A DNA stretch of 64,000 nucleotides, from assembly GCF_006345805.1 (NCBI RefSeq), contig NC_043000.1:89528001-89592000 (forward strand). Direction: 5' to 3'. Numbering within the stretch: the stretch's first letter is position 1; the number at the start of each line of letters is the position of its first letter. A model generated the notes under the pieces. The model saw only the letters and a program-made list of their open reading frames with translations, had not been told where the DNA came from and ran no database searches. The stretch comes from Octopus sinensis. Lineage: Eukaryota. Below, piece by piece: positions 53,309-64,000 of the stretch. A program made the position numbers and the translations under genes.

Positions 53309-56300
53309 CAGCGCTGGTTTTAACGACGTTCGCGTTGATGTCAGTAACGTTGTGAGGTGAGGGGAGGAGGGTGAGATATATAAAAGCTCAGAGATTAAAA
53401 TCTAACGAATGACGCCCAATTTGATGATATGTGTGCATAACCGCGGTCTTCTCAACTCAAGTCCCTTGCAGTCCCTTGTTGACACTTTACATCATATAAT
53501 GCGTGTGCCCCTACTAAAAACAGCTTCCATCTCCACAAAGCATTGGCTGGTCAGTCAGGCCGAGTATTATTGTTTGTTGTTTTGAATTAGGACATGATTG
53601 CCATGTGGTCTTGCAAACACTGGGAATAATACAAGATATAATATAATACAGGACAATACTTTTCTTTATTAGCCTCAAGGTTCCGAAGACACTGAGGACC
53701 ATACAAATAACGAGATAGAATGGAGCGGAGATTTACATAATACGCAAAAGAAAATAACAAACATGGCATTAAAATATACTAAGACAGAAAGTCCCGACCA
53801 GGCCCAGATGTGGCTGTGTGGTAAGAAGTCTGCTTTTCAACCACATGGTTCTGGATTCAGTCCCACTGCGTGGCACATCGAGTTACTGTCTTCTACTATG
53901 GTCTTGGGTTAATCAAAGCCTTGTGAATGAATTTGAATATAGAAATTGAAAGAAGCCTGCCGTAGATATATATGCGTGTGTGTATGTTTGTCTCCCACCA
54001 CCACTTGACAACCAGTGTTGGTGTGTTTATGTACCTGTAACCTACTGGTTTGGTAAAATAGGCTGAATAAGTACAAAATATATATATATATGTTAAGTAC
54101 GTGGGTCGACTAGTTCAATTAAAATTCTTCAAAGCGGTGTCCCAGCATGGCTGCAGTTTAATAACTAAAATATATATACGATAAAAATTAAAAGACCAGA
54201 GGGTAAAGGTTATTGAAGGCGAACCAAAGAAACCCACAGGCTCGAGTCAAGGCTAATTTTCATCTCTCAACTGTTATTTTTCAGTCTACAGACATGTGCT
54301 TATAGCAGGTTTGTCCACGCGGGCCATATTCGCCATTCAAACCAACCTTTCAAGGAATGTAAATGGGGAAGTATCTTCTTATTCAGCTTGACCGTCCTCT
54401 CCAAGTCAAACTTAGCCGAAAGAGGAAAGCGTCAGTCTTTAATATTTTCAGTTGCGTTCACCACACAATATGTTTTGACGTGGCCTTATCAGCAAAAAGA
54501 AGGCAGCTGGGGGATCTTCACGGTGGACTCAACTGAGAGTCAGTTCTGTTCTACAGATAACAAGAGTTGCTTCACAAAACACCTCAAATGAACAACGATC
54601 GACCACTAAATGAATACATGCAGAAAGATTTCATCTTCCAGTCGACTGTAGACTGCAAAGTTTGGCTTGAACTGGTAGAGCCGCCCTGTAGCTCTGCCAG
54701 GTCAGGATTACTATAAGTTACCCAGCTGATTGTTATAGATTTACAGCTTTTACGGAACGCTACCCTGGACAATCCAGCCATCACATTGCCCGATTTGTAC
54801 AGACCCGTCTACACCCGACGTTTTTCACAGTCTCTGGCATTCATAGTCTTGGTTTTCACAAGGATGAAATCCAGATAATAATGGTTAAAATATAAACACA
54901 AGGACAGGCAGATAGAAATTTGGTAATATAAGGGATTAAATCGATATCTGTACTCAATTGGAATTTTATCTTATCGATTCCTCACGGAAGAAAGGCAGCA
55001 TTGCTCCCAGTTTTAATTAGTTTCAATGAAATATGGGAAGGCAAATATTTTATCCGATTATACCTTCTACTGGCCTTCTACTAATTATATTAATTTAGAT
55101 TCTAATTTTACTGACAATTAACCTTTACTTCAGAGGGGATATTAAGGTTAATAATCCGAAAAATTAGAATCTTAATAACAATAGCTCATTTAGGACATTT
55201 TGAAATTAATTATTAATAGTAGCCATTAACCTTAACATCTATACTGTTGGGGCTGCTACTACTACTACTTCTACAAATTGCTGGCCTTGTGCCAAAATTT
55301 GAAACCAAGTAGTAGTAGTTGTTGTAATGATAATAATGAAAATAATAACAATCCTTTCTTGTAAAGGCACGAGGCCTGACATTTGGTGGGAGGGAACTAG
55401 TCGATTACATCGATCACAGTGCATCACTGGCACTTATTTTGAAAAGATGGAAGGCAAAATCGACCTCGTCGAAATTTGAACTCAGAACGTAAGGAGGGAA
55501 TACATTCCGCTAAGCATTTTGTCCGACACTTAACAAGATTTGACTGGTTTAACATCGAGAGTTACATTGCCCTTTACCAACATTCGTTAAACACACCGGA
55601 GACCAGCGACTCCCTCTTCACCCTCAACTTCCATTTTAAATGGGTTTTGAAGAAGTTAACGAGAGCTACAAAAGAAAGCTCTGTCCATTAACCATTGAGC
55701 TCTATCAACCAGAAAACATGCTCCCCGATAACCAATAGACAGACGGAGACTAACTAGCCATTCTAGCTAAGGGAGGGCAGTAAATGGATCTTTACAATAA
55801 TCTTGGTTGATAGCTAGACTCTTCTTACATGTGATAGCAGATTTTCAACAAAAATTTTCGTGTCGGCAATTCACTGACTTTGAGTGAGTAAAACCTGGAT
55901 GATTCCGTCGCTCTGTGTGCATCTAAATATTTGACCGCTGGACTTCTGTAATGGCAGAATTTACGCCGAAGAAGCAAGCCGAAGAAGCAATGCCCCGCCT
56001 AGAGCCTTTCCATATCAAGTTATTGGAAAATTGTCTATGATCTTCTACATTAAGGTTTACAAGAAGAGACAGTACAGACTGTCCTAGATGACATCCACGA
56101 AACGATCGAGCCCACCGATACTTATACTTTGCACCAACGTTTGTACTGCTTCTGTAGTCAATATAAATCCCGGACTATCAAGTGCCTTCTTCCAGGTCTT
56201 ATTTCTACTACAGGCGCACAATTCGAGTAGCCCCTGTCAGTTTCTCCATTATCTCTCATTTACCGAAGGGCAGCCCCACGCACTCTCGCTACACCTTTCT

Positions 56301-57699
56301 CTTCAAATCGTAATTAATGAGATTTCAACCTGAATAGGAAAGTTCTATCTTCAAACATTTCAACTGAATACACTCCACTCCTTTTATTGTCCAGACTACC
56401 TGAGGAAGATTACCTACTCTTTTTGTGGTCAAAGGAAGGCGATGGGCTGATGTTCACGAGATAGTTGACTTATAGTCAGACCTGTCCAGGACGTGTCAAA
56501 GCAGTTTGATATAAAGCCACAAATCAGTAATATACGGACACATATCAGACTGTCACTTTGCTACTAATGATAATTATGTTCAACGACTAAGAAAAGAATC
56601 ACACATTTATATGAGAAGGTTATGGTCGAGTGAATCGACTCCCTGTTTCATTATAACTGCTTTTCTATCGATCAGAGTAAAAGTGAAAAGCAAAGCTTAA
56701 AATATTCATAATATAGAATACTAAAACTAGTCACTCGCTGATGCATCTTATGCAAGTTATTCTCAGGAAATATATAACGAAAACTGCATATGTTTATTGC
56801 TAAACAGCTTGTGGCAAGGCATGCAGTGGAAGGAGGCAGTGATAAAGATATTAACGATGTGATCCTCACAATCAGTAGTAGTAGAAAGCAACATAATGAA
56901 GGAAGGTTATAGTCTCTTGTATCAAAGCAAAATGCTAATGGTAGATATATTATATACCCTGAAGGGATGTAAAAGCTAAATTGATTCTGGTAAACGATTT
57001 CAACTAGAAGCGTAAAAAGCACTTCTAGAACTGCATATATATTGAACAGAGTGCTTTCAATTGAATGGAAATGTAAGAATCTAAGCTAAAAAGAAAAAAG
57101 CATCTGGAATTTGATGCATGGATAGAAAGGGCAAGACCATACTGAAATTTAGACAGTAAAAAAATATACAATTACATTGATTTGTGGATATGGAAAAATA
57201 TGAGATTGAAATAGACCCTTCTCTTACTTCCTCAAACTGAAACGATGGACATTTTTTTAAAATAATAATTTCAGTGAGTCGAATTCTTGGCTTGAATCAA
57301 AAACCTTCAGTGTAGTGTTCTCTCAACTAAGCTGTGTCGATACCCACGAAAGAATTCATAATTTACAGTAAAATAGATTTGATCATTAGATGAAAATATT
57401 TTGTTAGAAATGTTCACCAAACGAAATACGTTGAAGAGTGGCCAGAGGAAAATCTCATTCCAAATTCAAAAAATTATTCAAAATATAATAGGTTTGTTGT
57501 GATCGAATACAATTTTGTTTCTTTCTTTTTTCAGCTCAAGAAGAACTTTAGTTTGAATAAATTTTCATTGTGTTTCGTATTTAGATGCTTTTATTAAACT
57601 TATTCAGTTGTTAAACATAGATAAATCTTGGAATTAAATGGGTTTGATTTACTGTCAGGTGACTTTTGGCACACCTATATATATATATATAATATATAT

Positions 57700-57766
<67 letters not shown>

Positions 57767-57868
57767 GTGTGTGTGTGTGTATAATATATATATATACAAT
57801 ACATATGTAATATATATATGTAAATATATATATATATATATGTAATATATATATATATATATATGTAA

Positions 57869-58006
<138 letters not shown>

Positions 58007-58735
58007 TATATATATATATTATATATATATATGCTAAAATCGAGCTGTGAGAATAAGTATTCAACACTGCATTACTTGCTAATTATTCCATTTTTCAGTG
58101 AGTGTTTAATCTCTCTCAGCTACAGTCTGCCATCAAGTGATGCCTGTGCCTAATGTTTTGCCTTGCATGAGACCAATTCCACTCTCTGAACAACGCAGCA
58201 TTTGTCTAAAAAGAAGTAGTCTCATTAGATACAAATGAAGGCGCATGTGTTATATCAGAATATTCCTTCTCCCAGAGACATCTCTTAACAAAGACATGGC
58301 GGAGGGGTTTTCTCACTCCCAGCTGTTCGATGTCATTTGACGATCCCGAGGTAATCCGCCTCTCGACAAGTTTTATTGTTTGCCCTGCAAAGTGTCCAAC
58401 TAAAGAATTGCTTTCCTTACCAAGCAAGCTCGATGTGGTAGCCAATTTAGTCGCGAGCACACGACAGGATGTACTACATCACGTTGCTATCATCACTAAG
58501 AGGACAGTGATACGTAATGTGTGTGTGTGTGGATACATATAATGTTTAGCTTTATCATATGAACAGCATAGAGAGTGCTTTTATTCACTGTATATATAAT
58601 TATTATTATTTCTAACTCAACTGATTTACCTAGAGTAGTGTCTTCTTTCAGCCTACCATCACACCATAATATTATTGTATGACGGTCTTCTGTTAAATGT
58701 CATTATCCATATAATTTTTTGTTTCTGTTTTTCAG

Positions 58736-59012
58736 TTGTTTGCAATCGCACGATGGCTGATATAATATTTGCACTGGACACTTCGGCAAGTGTGGATGAA
58801 CATAGCTACAAGTTAATGCTGACTTTTGTTCATCGTATGGTACAATCGTTCGACATAGGTAAAGATGATGTCAGAGTAGGACTGGTCACTTTTTCTGATA
58901 ACTCTGTACTTGAGTTCCATTTGAACAAATATTTCAACGCATCAGAGTTGGACAAAGCTATATCGAACGTCAAGTACAAAGCTGGCTCTACGAATACTGC
59001 AGACGCTCTCAG
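58736..59012 (+). CDS. Multi-VWA protein exon: N-terminal half of VWA domain 4 (VVCNRTMADIIFALDTSASV...GSTNTADALR)
   Basis: Acceptor ttttcag|TT, donor CTCAG|gtaatt (phase 2), 277 nt, DTSAS MIDAS. The remainder of the domain was not found in the window. Confidence 0.88.
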
Positions 59013-59083
59013 GTAATTTATATAAACGTGTGTGTATCTGTGTGTGTATTTGTGTGTGTGTGTGAGTGTGTGTGCGCGCGCAT

Positions 59084-59123
<40 letters not shown>

Positions 59124-59366
59124 AGGATTCAGAGAGAATCGGTTACTTGAAAAGATGAGTTCTGGTACACAGAGAAAACCAGCCATATGAGTATTTAGCG
59201 CCTAGCTGCTGGTCCGAAGCACACGTTACGGTGATTATACATTGTTGGCTTACTCCAGAGTTTCCGACGTGTCGTAAATCTCTATGGTGTGTTATAGTCA
59301 AATGAATAACAACAAACGATGGAGCTGACAATTACCTATCGTCTGTTATTATTCATTTGGTTATAT

Positions 59367-59398
<32 letters not shown>

Positions 59399-59729
59399 AT
59401 ATATATATACATTATGTTATATAATAATATATTATATACACATACATCAACTGCAACTCATCTATGTTATTTATTCTTCACCTAACACGGAACTTCCCAT
59501 ACGTTTGGATCTGGAGTCTATAGTGGAGGTGGAATACATACGGTGAGTGTACCCCGGTATGACTTTGATGCGACGTTGTGAATTCAGTGAGTTACTTGTG
59601 AATGTATGCATAAGTGGAAGGATCCTGGAGGATACTGGCCTTCTCTAGACAGATGTAATTTAAACTCAGAATGTTGCGAGCCGGAAGCTATACCGTAAAG
59701 CATTTCTGACACTCACGCACCTACATGTA

Positions 59730-59783
<54 letters not shown>

Positions 59784-60576
59784 AATATATATATATACAT
59801 ACAAACATACCATATGTACATATATATACAGACATACATACATGCATACATAAGTACATAAGTACATATAAATAAGGGAACACATTTGTATACGTAAAAC
59901 TCAAGGCGCAGACGTAGTTATGTGCTTAAGAAGCTTGCCTCCCAGCCAAATCTTCCTTAAATCACACACTTTTTCCTCTAAAAATATTTACATTTTTTTT
60001 TACCGATAAATCTCCTCCTATGGTTTTTTAGTACAAAAACAATTGTCCCAAATCGGTGCGCAGTGGGATGGAGAGAGGGGAGAATAAAGAAAAATGAATT
60101 TAAAAGCTTTTTGTTCATAAAGAGATGCCCCCACTATCCCAACCCACCCCCATCATTTCGAAGCTTTTGGTGAAAAAAATCGGTAAAATCCCTATCAAAA
60201 CGGAGAAATTCCAGCTCTTGTGGTCTTCCTGACCCGAAACTCCATCTTTTCGAACATTTTACCACAAAATTCTTTATAGTCGTAATCTATGACGTTTGAA
60301 GAGTATTTGTATAAATTTTCATTAGAATATACCCATTTTCCTGAAAGTTATGATGGAATAAATGTCGGATCGTGTGAATTTTTTGATACTCCTCTCCCCA
60401 ACTCCTCGGAAACTTTCTCTGCAACAAATCGCCATATACTCTAAGTGGAATTTGTTCAGAATTTCGTTAAAATGTATCCATTTTTCTGGAAGTTATGAGG
60501 CAACAAAATCGAGGTGGTACATATATGTAGTTATGCTTATATATATATATTATATATATATATATTATATATAATA

Positions 60577-60624
<48 letters not shown>

Positions 60625-60630
<6 letters not shown>

Positions 60631-61121
60631 TATATAGAAGGAGCTTCTACAGGACTAGAACTGTTTCATTCAAGAGAAATTCAGGAAGCTAGTTAACAAG
60701 AATTGTATTGGCATTTATACATTTAGGCAGGTTTAAAGGGGTGTTGGTGGGGGACTTTTTGGGGGTAGGCATAGTGCAAAAAATCATACTTGGGGGAGTG
60801 GTCAAGGAGTCAGTGTTAAATTAGATAGGAGAATAAATAAAAAATAATAAATAATAAATAAAAAATAAAAAATAAAAAATAAAAAATAAAAAATAAAAAA
60901 TAAAAAAATATAATAAAATAAAAAAATAAAAAAATAAAATTTATTTTATTTATTTTATTTTATTTTATTTTTTTTATTTTATTTTTTTTATTTTATTTTT
61001 TTTATTTTATTTTTTTTATTTTATTTTTTATTTTTTTATTTTTTTATTTTTTTATTTTATTTTTTATTTTTTTATTTATTTATTTATTTATTATTTTTTT
61101 ATTTTTTTATTTTATTTTTTA

Positions 61122-61153
<32 letters not shown>

Positions 61154-61397
61154 ATTTTTTATTTTTTATTTATTATTTTATTTATTCTCCTATCTAATTT
61201 AACACTGACTCCTTGACCACTCCCCCAAGTATGATTTTTTGCACTATGCCTACCCCCAAAAAGTCCCCCACCAACACACCCCTTTAAACCTGCCTAAATG
61301 TATAAATGCCAATACAATTCTTGTTAACTAGCTTCCTGAAGATTTCTCTTGAATGAAACAGTTCTAGTCCTGTAGAAGCTCCTTCTATATAATAAAT
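60625..61397. repeat. Long palindrome: ~210-bp unique arms around an (AAAAT)n/(ATTTT)n core
   Basis: 60625-60835 is the reverse complement of 61185-61397, and the A-rich tract switches to T-rich near 60940. Confidence 0.9.
61330..61380 (+). ncRNA. Type-I hammerhead ribozyme (right arm of palindrome; mirror copy at 60642-60690 lacks 2 core nt)
   Basis: AGCUUC-CUGAAGA-UUUC-UCUU-GAAU-GAAA-CAG-UUCUAGUC-CUG-UA-GAAGCU: 6-bp helix I, 4-bp helix III, U.U mismatch at the base of helix II. Confidence 0.72.
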
Positions 61398-61489
61398 TAA
61401 TTTTACTCTGCTATGTATTGAGTACCTTATTTACTGTGGTTAACCCCGAATCAACCCGGGACCTACATATATATAATATATATATATAT

Positions 61490-61539
<50 letters not shown>

Positions 61540-64000
61540 CGGGAAGCTTTATGAAAATAAACAAAAGACGAAGGCAGGTGGAAAACAAACGAACAATTGT
61601 ATTAGTATGGCGCTCAGGAAATATAAAACAAGTCTTTAACGTTTCGAGCCTACGCTCTTCAACAGAAAGATACACAGAGAGAGAAAAACACAGAAAGAAG
61701 GAGAGGAAAAAAATGCGTGCAGTAGCTAACGAATCACATGGCAATCTGATTTCGGCCAGAGGTCAAAGATCAAACATGAGACGCGAGAGCGAAATAAGGG
61801 GAGATAATAGGGCTGATAAAAGGGTTGAGGGACCAGCTAAAAGTGCGTGGGAGGGGTCTGGATGTGTGTATGTTATGGGTTGGTGTATGTATTAGTATGT
61901 ATAATGGTGTGTGTGTGTGTGTGTGTGTATGAGAGAGTATTAGTGCGTAAGATTGGTCTGGACGTGCGTATGTATGGGGTTGGTGTATGTATTAGATGTA
62001 TTAGTTTTAGTATGTATTAGTACGTATTGGTATGTATAGGTATGTGTGTGTGTGTGAGAGAGTATAAGTGCGTATGCGGGGTCTGGACGTGTGTATGTAT
62101 AGGGTTGGTGTAAGTATTAGTATGTACTAGTATGTATTAGTACGTATTAGTATGTATTAGTTGGTGTGTGTATTAGTATGGCACATCATATGTGATGTGA
62201 TGTGTAAAGTCATGTGGTGTAGTGAGGAGAAGAGGGGGAGGGGGGAGAAGAGGGGGAGGGGGAGAGAGAGGAATAGGGGGGAGAAGAGAAGGGGAGGGGA
62301 AGAAGAGGGGGAGGAGAAGGGGGAGAGGAGAGGATGGGGGAGAAGGAAGGGGATGAGGGGGATGAAGGAGGAAGAAGGGAAAGGGGGAGGGAGAGGGGGA
62401 GAGAGAAGGGGAGAGAGGGAGGGGAGAGAGGGAGCGAGGGAAAGGGGAAGAGGGAGGGAGAAAGAGGGAAGAAGGGAAGGGGAGTAGGGGTGAAAGGATG
62501 AAGGACTGAAAAAGTAGGGTTCGGGGGGAGAAAGGATAGGTGAGGAGGGGGGTGAGGTTAGATGAGGAGTGGGGGAGAGTTGAGACCAAATGGCGTATAA
62601 GAGCGAAGAGAGAGATTAATTCCTGTTCACGGCGCAAACGGGAATCCGGATGGCCTCTGTGTAAGGACAAACCGAACACAGATAGGTGTTGCAAGGAGTG
62701 ACCGGTGGAGCGGAAATGGCGTGAGACCGGTGTGTCGTTCGCAAGTGGATGTCACGAAGGTGTTCCGCGAACCAGTCAGCCAAGCGGCGTCCCGTTTGTC
62801 CGATGTACAAGGAATTGCAGAGAGAGCAAGAGATGCAATAGATAATATTGATGGAGGTGCAGGTGAAGGAGTGGATGATGGGATAGGGTCGATGGTGGGT
62901 GCTAGTGAGGCGGGTGGTGTTGGAGAGGTAAGGGCAAGTGCGGCAACGTGGGCGGGAGCAGGGGAACGAGCCGGGTTGGAGGGTAGGGTCAGGGAAGGAG
63001 CTATGACCAAAAGGTCTCGAAGGTTGTGGGCTCGTTTGAAAGAGGGGGAGGGGTCGGTTAGGGAAGAGGTGTGTGAAGTGGACGGGTCGGACTGGAGATG
63101 ACGGAAAGCTCGAAGAATGGTGCGTTGGAGACGTAGGGTCGTGGGGTGGTGGTAGTGGGGGAAAAGGGAGGCGGGGAGACTACAGGGCGGGCGGGGAGAG
63201 AGAGCAGATACACGGTCCACGGACCGTGCTCTGGCAAGGGCGGTGTGGATAGTGGTGAGGGGGTATCCACGTAGGGTGAAGTGGTGAGCCATACGTTGAG
63301 ACTGAGTCTCAAAGTCATGGTCGTCACTACAGAGCCTACGTAGACGGAGGAATGGGAATAGGGGATGGAAAGCTTGGTGTGTTCTGGGTGGGAGGAAGAG
63401 AAGTTGAGGTATGAGTGTGAGTCTGTGTGTTTGTAGGATGGAGGTGGTAAGAGTGGAGTGAAGAATGCTAACCGAAATGTCGAGGAAGGAGACAGAGGGT
63501 TGGAGATAGTGGAAGTGAAGTGGAGGGCTGGATGGAAAGATTGGACGAAAGAGAGGAAGGAATCTAGATGTTCGCGGGAGAGTGAGGTGGCACCGATAAT
63601 GTCGTCAATATAACGACCATATAGTTCAGGAGTGGGACCAGTGAAATTAGAGAATATTTGGGCCTCAACATAGCCAACGAACAGGTTCGCATAGTTGGGG
63701 CCCATTCGCGTTCCCATGGCCACTCCCGAGACCTGATGGTAGAACCGCCCGCGAACGAGAAGCAGTTCAGAGTAAGGACATGTTCGGCCAGACGAATGAG
63801 TGTGGAGGTGTCAGGTACAGGGTAGAGCGGAGGTCAAGAAAGTGTCGAAGGGCTGCAGTCCTTCGTGGTGAGGGATAACAGTATAGAGGCTTTGGATGTC
63901 CATAGTAAAAAGGATTTTGGAGGAGCCGGGAGGAAAGGAGAAAGAGTTGAAAAGCCGGAGAGCATGGTTGGTATCGTGGATGTGGGAGGGAAGAGATGCC
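61540..64000 (-). mobile_element. Penelope-like element: RT + GIY-YIG (frameshifted) and 3' region with an HHR-like motif; extends past the window end
   Basis: GVAMGTRMGPNYANLFVGYVE, YGRYIDD, YKHTDSHSYL..SSHP, IPYS, YIGQTGRRLADWFAEHLRD. Confidence 0.9.
61633..61670 (-). ncRNA. Hammerhead-like fold with variant core CUGUUGA-A at the 3' end of a Penelope element
   Basis: Minus strand UCUUU-CUGUUGAA-GAGC-GUAG-GCUC-GAAA-CG-UU-AAAGA. Same family as 49492-49529. Confidence 0.55.

Noticed and set aside
53376-53400. TATATAAAAG box in an intron
   Set aside because: Isolated motif in AT-rich DNA with no downstream ORF or recognisable RNA.
54300-56500. More GC-balanced stretches that may be old LINE relics (also ~31300-31700, CR1-like tail)
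   Set aside because: Too decayed to assign motifs reliably by eye.

Overview
AT-rich, microsatellite-dense animal genomic DNA. The repeat repertoire (tRNA-derived SINEs, CR1, R4/Dong, RTE, Penelope, Tc1/mariner) looks like an octopus/coleoid cephalopod; this is inferred and no database search was run. One host gene can be reconstructed on the + strand: a secreted tandem von Willebrand factor A (VWA) domain protein (matrilin/collagen-VI/PTMP-like). It has a signal-peptide exon (20324-20423), three complete single-exon VWA domains alternating with 30-42 nt Pro/Thr-rich linker micro-exons, and half of a fourth VWA domain (58736-59012). All junctions are GT-AG and phase 1 up to the fourth domain, and the gene continues beyond the window. 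The rest is intergenic or intronic repeat. The most striking structure not shown by the ORF track is a set of about 10 type-I hammerhead-ribozyme (HHR) folds found by eye: 7 have a canonical CUGAnGA...GAAA core and 3 have variant cores. Several sit in the 3' ends of Penelope-like elements or in the arms of long fold-back palindromes inside introns of the VWA gene. Other items are several R4/Dong-type REL-endonuclease LINE relics tied to (TAA)n tracts, a ~560-bp (TAA)n-flanked non-coding repeat, and a 100-N assembly gap (35439-35538). Most short ORFs in the supplied track are microsatellite translations. Transposon boundaries are approximate.
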